A DNA stretch of 56,478 nt, filler included, from Fonticula-like sp. SCN 57-25 (taxonomy: Eukaryota): the NCBI GenBank assembly GCA_001724245.1. It is 3 parts of 3 records of this genome, joined end to end, with 100 filler letters (N's around TTAATTAATTAA, not from the genome) between each part and the next. Parts side by side here need not be neighbours in the genome. Positions count along the whole stretch, not along the records: positions 16,502 to 39,577 come from MEDX01000123.1; positions 39,678 to 56,478 come from MEDX01000124.1; 1 more part is not named here. One strand, written 5' to 3'. Positions 33,442 through 45,588 of the stretch are shown here, piece after piece. Position 1 is the first letter of the stretch; every line of letters begins with the position of its first letter. A program made the translations under genes and the position numbers. The notes beneath the pieces were generated by a model. The model ran no database searches. It was given only the letters and a program-made list of their open reading frames with translations, and was not told where the DNA came from.

Positions 33442-36149
33442 ATGGCCGAGCCCATGGTACTGGAGCGGACGGAGCCGCTAGACAAGTACGCAGTGGCGCT
33501 GTGACGCATGCCGGGTATGTACTAACAATGTTCATTGGTGGTTAGATATGAAGAGGCGGCGCGGGACTCCCGTTTAGCACCCCACGATATGTCGCTGGCA
33601 GAGCGCAACAGCTACCCGCACTACATCGCGGTGAAGGGCGCGTACACGCGCCTGCGCAACAAAATTCTTTACCAATGGATTGAGAATCCAAAGGAGCGTA
33701 TCTTGGCAGCGGACGCCATCCGTCTCATTGATCATCCTCAGCAGACCGAGCAGATGGCCAAGGATACGGTGCAGCATCTCGAAAGCATGGGATATGTCAA
33801 TTTTGGGGCATTGCCGCTGCGGCCGGCATCGGCCAATGACTCGCCTGTTCCTCCGAGAAGTGTGACGTCCACCTCTGTCATTGTGGTGGGCGCGGGTGTG
33901 GCGGGCCTCGCCGCTGCTCGGCAGCTTCGCCTATTTGGTTTCTCCGATGTTACCGTACTGGAGGCCCGCTCACGCGCCGGCGGCCGCGTAGTCTCGGAAC
34001 CCCTCGCGGGAGACGGCGAGGTGCCCGCGGCAGGGGGCGGTACCTTTCCAGTAGGTGTTGATATGGGTGCATCCATTATCACCGGGCTACATAACGGCAA
34101 CCCCCTGCTCGTGCTGTGTCGCCAGCTGGACCTGGAGCTGCTACCCGTGTCGACCAATTGCCCTCTCATGCTCCCAAGCGGACCAGAGGTCGCGCCCGGG
34201 GTGGACCGCCTGGTCGAAATGCGATTCAATTCGATGCTCGAGCGTGCGTCCATCATGCGCAAGGAACTTTCCGAGGATATGTCGCTGGAAACCGCGCTTG
34301 CCACGGTTGAAAAGTCAGAGGCGGCGATCGATCCGGCCATTGCAAAGGATGCGGGAGCCGTGCTGTCGTGGCACAAGGCGAACCTCGAGTTTGCAAACGC
34401 CACAAAACTAAATGCTATTTCTTTGTTGCATTGGGACCAAGACGATCAGTACGAGCTCCTGGGACCTCACCTGATGATCCGCAACGGGTACGCGCAGGTG
34501 CCCGCGGGGCTCGCCAAAGACCTCGATATTCGCTTCAACACTGTAGTCACGCGCATCAACTATACCGCCACGGGAGTGAAGGTGTACACCAAAGCAGGCG
34601 AGAAGCTGACCGCGGACAAGGTGGTCGTGGCGGTCCCGCTGGGCGTGCTGAAAGCCGACGGAATCACGTTCGACCCTCCTCTGCCACCGGCCAAAGCAGC
34701 TGCAATTGAGCGACTGGGCTTTGGCATCCTCAATAAGGTATGGTACTGCTTTTTGACGCGTTTTTTAACGTTACGATATAGGTGGGCCTTCGATTTGAGC
34801 GTGCTTTTTGGACAGAACTGCACAAGGACAAGCCGGACCACTTTGATCTCTTTGGCCTCACGTCGCCGCCGGAAGCCCAGGGACGCAACTTTTTGGTAAT
34901 TAATGCCACGCATTTGCTTGGCCAGCCGACGCTGCTGCTGCTTACGTCGGGCGAGGTGCGAATTCTGATGCTCGGATTTCCGGGCCCTAACTGTGCTTCC
35001 AGGCCGCATGTCATGTGGAGACGCTCTCTGACGAACAAGTGGTGGACGACGCGATGAACACGCTGCGCAAGGTGTTTGGGTCGACCATCCCGAATCCGCT
35101 TGCCTACTCGCTGACACGATGGGGGAAGGACGGTGCGCGATGGCACAATTGATCCGCAGCTGCTGACTTTCTGGGTAGAATTTGCCCGGGGATCGTACTC
35201 GTCAATCCCGCCGGGAGCACTTGGCACCGACTACGACGCGATGGCGATGCCTGTGCAAAAGAGGTACTGTGCCAACTCTCGCACGGACTCGAGCTCACAT
35301 CCCCTTCAGTCTCTATTTCGCGGGCGAGGCGACCAACCGCTACTACCCTGCGACGGTACACGGCGCCATTCTGAGCGGACTGCGGGAGGCATCGCGTATT
35401 CTGTTGTCGGTCAAGAAGGTGACGTACGAGGCGGCAGCTAGCGAGGCGGCCTCGTTTTCGGAGCCCCTCAAGTGCCTCTGGGCGAATTGCAAAGTGGAGA
35501 TACCTCCCAACCAACGGCTCCTGGACCACTTTCTGGCCGTACATGTGACGCATCAGCAGCGCGTGGTATGTCGCGTTTTGGTGGGAGAGTCACCGCTAAT
35601 CGTTTCATTTCCTAGGACTACTACACGCTCTTGGAAGCGCGGGAAGAGGAGGCGCGAGCTAAACTGACGGCTGAGCGCGCCGCCGCACAGAGTTCCATGC
35701 TTGAGCGCGCGCGGCAGAAGGAGGCGGCTGCAAAAGATGCGGCTGCTGCTGGCCTCTCCGAGGCTGAGATTGAAGTAATTCGCTCTATGAAGTTGACATT
35801 TTCAGAGTACGAAACGCTTCGCGATGGCATTGTACAACTCTACGAGAAGAACGGCCCTTTGAACAAGACCGATACACGTAGGAATTTGAATATTAGGGTG
35901 CGCCACCCGCGACGGTACAATCGGCTTGGCCTAACTTTCCCTTTGAAATAGACCGACGTCAACAAGATCGGACGTGTTTATGATGTACTTTTGTCGATGG
36001 GTCGTATCACAGGCCCATCGAAACAGGAGAACGCGCCGACGCCCATCAAGCGCACGCTCAGCGACGTCGAGTCGGACAATGATGATAGCGCAGACGACGA
36101 AGCGTCGCTCGACCTGGAAATCGATCCGACACCTGCCACAACCCTGTAA
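33442..36149 (+). CDS. LSD1/KDM1-like lysine demethylase: SWIRM + FAD amine oxidase + C2H2-like finger + second SWIRM
   Basis: YTRLRNKIL...[44 protein letters not shown]...[19 protein letters not shown]...H...H; YETLRD...[10 protein letters not shown]. Confidence 0.88.
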
Positions 36150-36192
36150 CAACAATGAAGATTTCATGCAAACTGCAATCTCACGCGTGGCC

Positions 36193-39100
36193 ATGGTGGC
36201 GAAGGCATCATCAGCGATGCGGCCAAAGCCGAAGCGTAGCGCACCGCAGAGGGCAGCAGAGCCGCAGGACGATGAGGACAAGGCGTTCTTAGACGCGGTT
36301 ATGGAACTTGGTGGAGACAAATCCGACCTCGAGCTGCTGCGCGGTATCGACTCTGGCGACCGGGACGAGGTCGAGTTTGATGAGGGAGCCGAGAGCGATC
36401 GCACGGTACCGACGATTACTGAATCCGCAGAGCGCGGGCTAACGCAGTTGCTCGTAGAAACTGGACGTTGACTTGCGGGCCATGATCAAGCAACTCGGCC
36501 TTGGGGCAATGAGCGGCATCGTGGAGGACAACGATGACGAAGCACAGGAGCCGAGCCAGACGAAGGAAGCCAAGAAGGACTCCAAAGAGACCAAGGCAAA
36601 GGAGGCTGAGACAAAGGAGGCCAAGGTGAAGGAGGCTGCGGCAAAGGTAAAGGAGACCAAGACAAAGGAGGCTGAGGCAAAGACAAAGGGGAAGGAAGGT
36701 GCCAAAGCCGCCGATCCCAAGGCGAAGGAGGTGGTGACGAAGCCGCTCTCCAAGAAAGAACTTTTGGCCAAGAAGGAGGAGGCCGCGTTGACTGACGACG
36801 TTAGTTCGTTTTTGAAACGCACAAAGGAAGGCGCTGCTGAGCCCGAAGAAGTGCCCTTTAAGCCGACTGCCTCCACACGTCCGCCGCCGGCGCCAACGGT
36901 GCTTCCAGTCATCGTCCCCCAGAAGCATGGCCAGCTGCTTCTGCCGACTGATGCGCAGTGGCACACCGTCTCGCTTTCTGCGCCCACCCCCGCTGGACCC
37001 ATGCGGACCAACGACGCCATGCAGTTGTTTGAGCGCGCCAAGGAGATCATGGCCGAGCAGCAGCGAATCTTTGAGGGCCGGCGAACCATGAACTCGTCGG
37101 ATCGCAGCTGGATTGACACTGTGCTGTCTTCCGGTACCATTGCCGATCGTGTGGCTGCGCTTGTGTTGCTCGTGCAGGAGGCACCCGTGTACCGTGTCAA
37201 CATGCTCGAGACGCTCGTCGGAATGATGCGCAAGAAGATTAAGCGCGAGGCCCTGCTGGCCGCCAATGCGATCAAGGATCTCCTGCTAACCAACCTTTTG
37301 CCCGACCGCAAGCTCAAGACCTTTGCTTCGCAGCCGCTGAGCGCGCGCGTGTCTGATGCGCATCTCTTTTTGTGGTGCTTTGAGGACGCCCTCAAGCATC
37401 TGTACGTCGAGTTCCTGTCGCTCTTGGAAGAGATCCAGCACGACACGCTTCCTCACCCCAAGAGCCGCGCCGTTGCCATCAACTACGAACTGCTCGAGGC
37501 CAAGCCCGAGCAGGAAGCGGTTTTGCTCACACTTTTGGTAAACAAGTTGGGTGACACGGACGGCAAAATTGCGTCCAAAGTTGTCTACCTGCTCAACCAG
37601 CTCCTCGTCAAGCACCCCAACATGAAGCCGATTGTGATTCGCGAGGTGGAGGCCTTGATGTTCAAGCCCAAGGCCGGCGAGCGCGCGCAGTACTACGGCA
37701 CGACCTTTTTGAATCAGATCATTTTGACCAAGAAGGATGCCGGCCCTGCGGCACGCCTGGTGGACGTGTACTTTACGATATACCGCACGGTGGTGAGCAA
37801 GCCCGATGCCGATGCACGCATGCTTTCTGCGTTGCTGACCGGTATTAACCGCGCGGTTCCGTATGCCGAACTTCCCGACAAGACGTATGAGGACCATGTT
37901 ACGTCGCTGTTCAAGCTCGTGCACACGGGGAGCTTCAATACGACGATTCAGGCTCTCGTGCTTCTTCGCACCATCGCCGACCGCGTCCCGGGGCTGCGCG
38001 GCCGCTTCTACCGCACGCTCTACGACGTCACTCTGGACATTCGCCTCTCCACGGCATCCAAGCAGACGATGTTTATCAACGTCTTCTTTGCGGCCGTCAA
38101 GAACGACGACTCGATACCCCGCATCAAGGCGCTTCTCAAGCGCCTCTGTCAGGTCAGCGCGCAGCAGAGCCCCGGGTTCGCGTGTGCCGTTCTCTTTGTC
38201 ATGTCGGAAATCTTCAAGCACAAGCCTGGCCTCGCGCTGATGCTCACGCAGCCGGAAGAGAACGACGACGACGGCGAGGAGCACTTTCGGGATGCGCCTG
38301 ACGAGGATGATGAGGAAGCCCCCGCTCCCGCGGCTGCGGCCGCCGCCAAGGCCTCCGAGACGTCCTCCTCTGGATACGACTACCGCAAGCGCGACCCGCA
38401 GTACTCTGGCGCCGACAAGACGTGCATGTGGGAGCTCATCCCCCTGCTCAACCACTATCACCCGTCGGTGAGCAAGCTCGCCAACCAGCTGCTAAAATCG
38501 GAGCGCATTCCGCGCAGCGCCGACTTTTTCGAGGAATTTTCGCTCATGCACTTTTTGGATCGCTTTGTCTTTAAGAATCCCAAAAAGTCGGAGCGCCGCG
38601 GTGACTCTGCCATGCAGCCATTGCGTCGCGCGCGCTCGATCTGGAACGAAAAGCAGTTTGCCACCGCCAAGGAGGCGAATGTTCCCGAGGACCAGCTCTT
38701 CTTCCACAAGTTCTTTGCCCAAAAGGCCAAGCTCGAGGCCGCTAACAATGTCGCAAAGAAGCGCAAGTCCAAGTCCGACGACGACGACGACTTGGACAGC
38801 GCCGGCAGCGAGGAGGAGGAGGACATTGTGGACGCGGCCGTTGGTAGCGATGGCGACGAGGACGAGGACGAGGACGAGGAGAACGAGTTTGGCGACGACT
38901 TTGATGACGACGAGGAGGAAGAGTTCCAGCAGATGATGGAGAAGCAGATGGAAATGGACGGTATTGAGCCAGAGGAACTCGACGGCGAACTCGACGATGA
39001 CGAGGAGGACGGCGAGGACGATGACGAGGACATGGATATGGACAGGTGCGCTTCTTTTTTTTTTGCTTTCCTTGCTCGATGCTCGTCTCTAACCCTGACC

Positions 39101-39533
39101 TTGCAGCTTTGCGCGCCAAATGGCCGAGGGCGACTCGGACGACTCGGACGACGACGGCGATCAGGACGACGACGACGACCTGTCGGACGGCGCAAGCGAC
39201 GATGGCCTCGACGACGAGGATTCCATGGCTGCGTTCCACATGAGCGACGACGGTGAGGACGACGACGACGATGACGGCGACAAGGCGGACGAAAGCAAGC
39301 GGAAGAGGAAGAGGAAGGAAAAGTCGGCCAATGTGTTTGCCGCCGCGGAGGACTACGAGGCCCTTCTGGAGGGCGCGGGGCAGGAGACCGGAAACGCCAA
39401 GGCCATCAAGTGGGCTGAGCGCACTGAAGACTACGGCTCGCGCAGGCGGCAAGGTGGCGGCGGGCGCGGCGGGCGCGGACGCGGTGGCGCACGTGGCGGC
39501 GCTCGCAACGCGCCCAAGCGTCAGCGGAGGTGA
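36193..39533 (+). CDS. CEBPZ: CEBPZ/Mak21/Noc1 ribosome biogenesis factor; 2 introns
   Basis: SGTIADRVAAL; KPEQEAVLLTLLVNKLGD; LLTGINRAVPY; RFYRTLY; YDYRKRDP; HYHPSV; FLDRFVFKNPK; VFAAAEDY. Confidence 0.95.
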
Positions 39534-39577
39534 GCAGTAAATGCCTCTAGTGTATATTTGTACAGCTGTAAATTGAC

Positions 39578-39677
39578 NNNNNNNNNNNNNNNNNNNNNNN
39601 NNNNNNNNNNNNNNNNNNNNNTTAATTAATTAANNNNNNNNNNNNNNNNNNNNNNNNNNNNNNNNNNNNNNNNNNNN
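39578..39677. other. Artificial contig-joining spacer
   Basis: Same N44-TTAATTAATTAA-N44 structure as 16402-16501. Confidence 0.95.
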
Positions 39678-42600
39678 AACGACCGCATCAGCCTGCGCGT
39701 CAAGGAAGCGCGCAAGCTCACCAAGGAGCTTCAGTTCATCTGGAGCGACGCGCCGTCCAGCAGCGTCGACGCGTCGCTCTTCACGCACACGCTCGACAAC
39801 TGGTACTGGCAGCCCGCCAACTTTAACTGGGACGAGGGCGCCGCGCCAGTGACGCCGTCCAACATCCAGTACGCGTGTTTTATTGGTTGGTAAAGAGGAA
39901 ACTGACCAATGCGCTTTGCGTAGTGCGCTGTCCGTCGAGCTCGCCAACGTGATGAAGACACGGTCAAAGTACTTTCAAACGCGCCACGTCCTCTACCCGT
40001 GCGCCTTTTTGGTATTTTCCTGCTTGTTTGGCGGCTGATAAAGTGAATGTTCCTTTCAGTTTCGGCCACGATTTCGCCTTTGAAGACGCGCACATCATGT
40101 ACGACAACATGGACCAGATCGTCGAGTACGTGAACGCGCGCTCCGACGAGTTCCAAGTCCGCCTTCGCTACGCCACCCTTAGCGAGTTCTTTACCGACGT
40201 GCTCGCCACCGACACTGAGTGGCCCGTCTTTTCCGAGGATTACCTTCCCTTTGAGGACGTCCCGTGGGGCCACTTTTGGGTGGGGCACTACACGTCGCGG
40301 CCGCTGCTCAAGCGCACGACGAGGACGCTCGGGCATGCGCTGCGCGTCGCAGAGACGTCACGTGCGTTGGCGGCCATTCACACCGACATAAAGTGCGGAT
40401 TGACAAGTTGATTATGGGATGGCTGACATGATGGTAGGCTCTCTGATGCACCTGTAACACTGGCGAGGCAGACGAGCGCGCTCATGAACCACCACGACGC
40501 AATCACAGGTGCGCATTGGATAGCTTGTTGCTTGAAGTTTTTGTACTTGATACTTGTGCTTATTGATGTTACGTGTACTTGTCTTACTTGTACTTGCCAT
40601 TCTTACTCTTGCCTTACTTGTACATGACTTCATTTACTCATGCCCTTTTAGGGACCGCCCGCGAGGCCGTTGTGGAGGACTACATGTCAAAGATGCACGC
40701 TGCCATTGACGAATCGGAGCGGTCCGCGGCTGTCGCGCTGTCGGCACTCGCGTTTGGCGGGGCGCACAACGTCGTCTCGCTCGGCGCGGCGGACCCGGAG
40801 ATTAACGTCGAGACGCAATTGCCGGGCGCGGTGTTTGCGTACAACTCGCTCGCGTGGACGCGCAACACCGTCGTCAAAATCAAGCTCGTCGGAAGCTTGC
40901 CGTACGTGGTTGATGTTATTTTGATGCTTTTTGGTGTATTCTGATACATCTTTGATGTCTTTTTGGTATCTTTTCCATCCATATCTCATCCTTTCCTCGC
41001 CATTTTTGCTTGTTTTCTCACATGTCTCTTTAGTGCCCCCGAGCGCATACTAGTTCGCGACGAATTCGGCTATGTCCTTGGCTCTCAAGTGACCCTCTAC
41101 GACGACGAGCTGACCGGCGACGCCACCGCCGTCCTCGCCTTTGTCATTGACGTGCCCGCCATGGGCTACCGCGCTCTGAACGTGTCGGTCGACGCGGACG
41201 GCGGCGCGTGGTCGGCCGTGGCGAGGCACGAGCACGTGCAAGAGGCGACGATTGATATTGCTTCGGCGGCGCTCGCGTTTAGAGTGGACGGCGCGACGGG
41301 ACTGCTTGTCAGCGTGCACGACGTCGCAACGGGACAATCTGTGCGTCATTTTGATATATTTTATGAGTTGAAATTGTCGTTAGTGTACTGGAAATCCTTG
41401 TGAACATCCTTTTTTGTCCTATTTTGACTACTTTTACCCTCTTTTTACCCTCGTTGAATGTCCCTCTTTTTACCCTCTTTGAGTGTCCTTTTTGACCCCC
41501 TTCTAACCCATTTCGAATTCTCTTTCCTCCCATTTTGAATTCTTTTTCCTCTCAGAGCGACCTCTTCCAAGACTTTGCCGAGTACAACAGCACGACCGCC
41601 TCTGGCGCGTACCTCTTCTTCCCCTCTGGCCCCGCCACCCCCACCCCCCCCACCGCCCTCTCCGTCACCATTGCCCGCGGCCCGGTCCTTTCCGAAGTGC
41701 GCTCTTCCCGCCTCGTCTCCAACAACCAAACCGTCACGCAGTCCATTGAGGTCACTTCTTCCGCCTCTGACTCGCACGTCGCGCGCCTGACCATTCGCAG
41801 CGGCGGCGCCATTGGCGAAAACCGCGAGCTCGTGACGCGCCTTTTCACCTCCTGGCCGACCGACCGCCGCTACCTGACCGACAATGGTCTTTTTTTGAAG
41901 GCGCGCGAGTACGACGACTCGTGGGAGGAGCTCGACGCCATCGCGTCAAACTACAAGCCGGTCATTTCGATGGCGGCGCTGCGGCTCGACGATGAAAGTG
42001 CGCCGTTTTCGCGGCTGTCGCTCGCAACGGCGGAGGCGCACGGCGTCGCGTCGCTCGAGGACGGCGCGCTCGAGGTCATGTTGCAGCGCAGGTTGATGCA
42101 GGACGACGGGCTGGGGCTTGAGGAGGGGTGCGACGACCAGTTGCCGTTTGATGCGCATTTCGCGCTGAGGATGGACACGCACGCGTTTGGGGCGACGCCG
42201 CCGAGGCAGCTCATGGTGACGCACAACAATCCGGTGGCGCTCTTTGTCGCAGTAAACGCTGAAATTCGTACGTTAATTGTCAAAAAGGTCATGAAAATGT
42301 GCATTTAAATCTATAATGCACCTTTTTATTGCTTTTTATCACTTTTTTCATCACTTTCTGTCACTTTTTACTGACCATTTCGCGCTTAGCCGAGCCATTT
42401 TTGGGTCTGAGCCGCGACTTGCCTGGCCAAGTTCACCTCTCCTCGCTCGAGGTGCGCTCGGACGAGTCGCCCGGCGTCGTCGTCGTGCGCGTCAACCACC
42501 TTCTTGAGGACCACGTGGATGGCTGGGCGTCGCAGGAGGAGAGTGTCAGCCTCGAGGACCTTTTGAGGGGCGCCGTGCTCAATACGGCGACGGAAATGAC

Positions 42601-42706
42601 GCTCAATTTGAATGAGGAAAAGGGCGCGGCCAATGGGACTGTCACGCTCGCGCCGGGTGCGTGGTCAAGCTTCGTGTGCGTTTACGCCTCAGCGGACCGC
42701 TTTTAG
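39678..42706 (+). CDS. GH38 alpha-mannosidase (lysosomal MAN2B-like); 5'-truncated; multi-exon
   Basis: GHDFAF; YATLSEFF; FWVGHYTSRPLLK; HHDAIT|GTA; YNSLAW; SGAYLF; YLTDNG; GALEVMLQRRLMQDDGLG. Confidence 0.9.
40540..40625. repeat. Degenerate (TACTTG) repeat, intronic
   Basis: Directly visible. Confidence 0.7.
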
Positions 42707-42995
42707 AGCAGTAAAAGACGCTTTTTTGTAGCTTTTTTGTGCCGTTTGTTCTTTATACGACACCTTTTGTACCTTTTTTGTGCATAGATGTAGCATGATT
42801 CATCATAGATAAATACAGTGCATAATGTATGGAAAAAGGGACTCGTTTGATTGGCATTCATTTCAAAGGTTTCTTGCGTGAGATGGATCGATAAAGGAAT
42901 ACTCCAGTGCAATAATATACAAAAATCAAGAGCAAAAGTGACTGTTGTGAAGAAAAAAGCAAGTGAGAAATGATATCAAAAAGACACTAAAATGC

Positions 42996-45008
42996 CTAAT
43001 TGGGCGTCGCCGGCGCCGCCGACATGCGCTTCTGCCGCATAAGATCGCTATTACGCCTGAGCGCCTTATCAATCTTGTCGCGCGCCGTCGCACTCCTAAT
43101 CTGCAGCCCCAACTTTAGCAGCGTATTGTTCGTCTCCAACATCTCTGCGAGCGCCTCTTCCGCCTCGGTCGTCGCCGTCGCCGCCTGCCCCTGCATCTTC
43201 AACTCCTTGAGCGTCGTGTTGGCCTTGAGCCCCTCGGCGATCGCAATGATGCCCGCGCCAGTGATGCTGTTCTGGTCGAGCGAGAGCGTCTCGAGCTTTG
43301 CGTTGGTGGCGAGCGCCTTGCCGAGCGCGACGGCGAACGAGTCGCGCAGCTGAACCTTGACAAGCTTGAGGTGGCGGATGCGGCTGTTGTTCGCAAGACC
43401 CGTCGCAACAGCAAGCTTTTCTTCCTCCTTGAGGCGCGTGAATTCCATGTCGCCCGACAAGTCAAGCTCGTCCTCGTCAAAGTTGTCGGTGACAATGGAC
43501 ATGATCTTCTTCTGAAGAGGCGAAAGGTTGACGGGCGTGCTGTCGCCGCGCTCCTCGTGGCGCTTCTTGCGGACAAGGTCCATGTTGGCGGTCAGGCGCT
43601 TCTCGACGTTTTCCTTGATGGTCGCGTCGCGGATGACGAGGTTGAGCTTGGTGAGCGTCTGGTTCTTTTCGAGGCCTTGCAGGAGAGCGGCCTCGCCTTC
43701 GGTGGGGATCATGGCTTTCTGGTTGGTCAGGCGGAGCTCGCGGAGAACGCCGTTCTTGCCAATCATCTTGCCAACTGCAAGCACGCCGGGCTGAAAGAGG
43801 GGAAAAAAAGTGGAAAAACAGGGAAAAAGTACAGAAACAGGCACAAAAACAAGCACAGAAACAAGCAAAAAATACACACACATCATGTTAGCAACCCAAC
43901 ACACACAAAAAAGCCATGCGTACCAGTCCGAGTTGGTTACTCTCGAGGTTGAGCGACTGCAACGCCACGTTCCCCTCAAGCGCCTCGCACAGCACAGTGG
44001 CACCCGCGTCATCCACCGCGCAGTTGACCATGAGCAGCGACGTGACGACCTTGTTCTTGGCGAGCGCCTTTGCGAGCTGTTTCATCTTTGCGTCGCGCGC
44101 CGGCTTGTCCATGAGGATGAGCGTGCCATTGTTGTTGAGGTTCACTTCGGTAAGCGACGAGTCGTTGGACGTAATCTGCGAAATGAGCTTGTCGAGCTCG
44201 GCGAGGCCTTCGCCGGTGCGCGACTTGTCGGCGGCCATGACGCCGCCGATGGCGTCGACCTTGCTGGCGAACGCGTTCGACGTGGCGCGCTTGCGGCCCT
44301 TCTCGGACGACTCGTCCGCGGCGCCCTTGGCCTCGGGCTCCTTGCCCTTGTCGGCCTCGGGCTTGGACTTGCGGCCGAGCGACTTGCCAAAGGAGGCGAA
44401 GACGCCGCCCTTCTTGGTAGACTTTTTGTCGCTGCTGTCGTCCTTGAGCGTCTCGGTCTCGGGCTCCTCGCTGATGGCGCCCTCCGTGGGCTTGCCGTCG
44501 CTCGCCAGGGAAGAAGAGGCGGTGGCGGCGGCGGACGCAGATACGCTGGCAGAGCTGCCCTTGCGATCGGCGCCGGTCAGCTTGCGGATCGCGCTGTAGA
44601 TGGCATCGCGATGGCCGAGCGGGCCGATGCCGAGATCGTTCTTGAGGCTGTCCTTGTCGAGCTTGACGAGGAGCGAGCCGTAGATAAAATTGGCCGTGAA
44701 GGCCTCGACGTACTGCGGAAGCTTGACGTCGTCGCTGAGCCAGTGGCCGACATCCTCGACGGACCACTCAACAACCGGCAGGGCGGTTCGCGCCGCGCGG
44801 CGGATCGATGCTTCAGACTCCTTTGCCTTGTTCAGAGCGACGGCCGACGCAGTAAGCGGAGCCTCCTTGGTAACCTCCTCCTTTCCCTTCTTGACCTTCT
44901 TCTCTGCAACACGGCGGCATCCCGTCAGCGACCACATCCCGAGGGTAAGATCCCACGAGGTGACGTACCCTTGGGCGCCTTGGCCTCCTTTGATCCGCTT
45001 CCTCCCAT
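42996..45008 (-). CDS. Protein with N-myristoylation motif, SAM domain and two tropomodulin-type LRR domains; 2 introns
   Basis: MGGSGSKEAKAPK|EKKVKK; WSVEDVGHWL...LGIGPLGHRDAI; NDSSLTEVNLNN...LNLESN...LRELRLTNQ...NMDLVRKKR; second copy ending NSDLMRQKR. Confidence 0.8.
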
Positions 45009-45588
45009 ATTCTTCCGCCGCGAAACTACCGCACCAAGCTAACACAATCTCTAGCGCGCAGCCGCACACGACAGCGCCTCCTTTTCACCCCTCGCGCAGC
45101 AGCAGCTCCGAGAAGATCCCCAAAGCGTCGAGGACCACCCGCGGGAAAAGCCGGCAACAACACCGCAAGGGATGACTTCCGCGTATGGACATATTGGACG
45201 CCTGTGATTGGTCGACGATCATCAAATCAGGAGGAAAAGAGAGTCGGCTGAATAATAGGGTGGCCGCTTTTGATTGCCAGGAGGGAAGCTGGTGGCACAT
45301 TGACGGGGCAAAAAGGCGCAAGGCGGCGTGGGCATTGGAATACTGGGACATTCCAGTGCACTATTGAGCCGAATTATGATTGAATATAGCGTTTGTTTAT
45401 TGCCTTTTTGTGCACATTGGCCGCAAAACAAAGCCCAAATATGCGTTGACCAAGAGTTTGCCGTATATCTCATACTATTCAAAGGCAATTCAGCCACTTT
45501 TTGAGCCCAATTTCAACAAAATAAACGCTCTTTTTTGACATTTGCAGCGCCGCAATGCAGCGCGTCTATTACTACAATACGAAAAAAA

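Noticed and set aside
13247-39533. Ribosome-biogenesis gene cluster (PES1, RIOK1, CEBPZ)
   Set aside because: Spans an artificial join and is interleaved with unrelated genes
45185-45367. Trp-rich 60-aa ORF upstream of the SAM gene
   Set aside because: No motif or splice support; lies in a promoter/3'UTR interval
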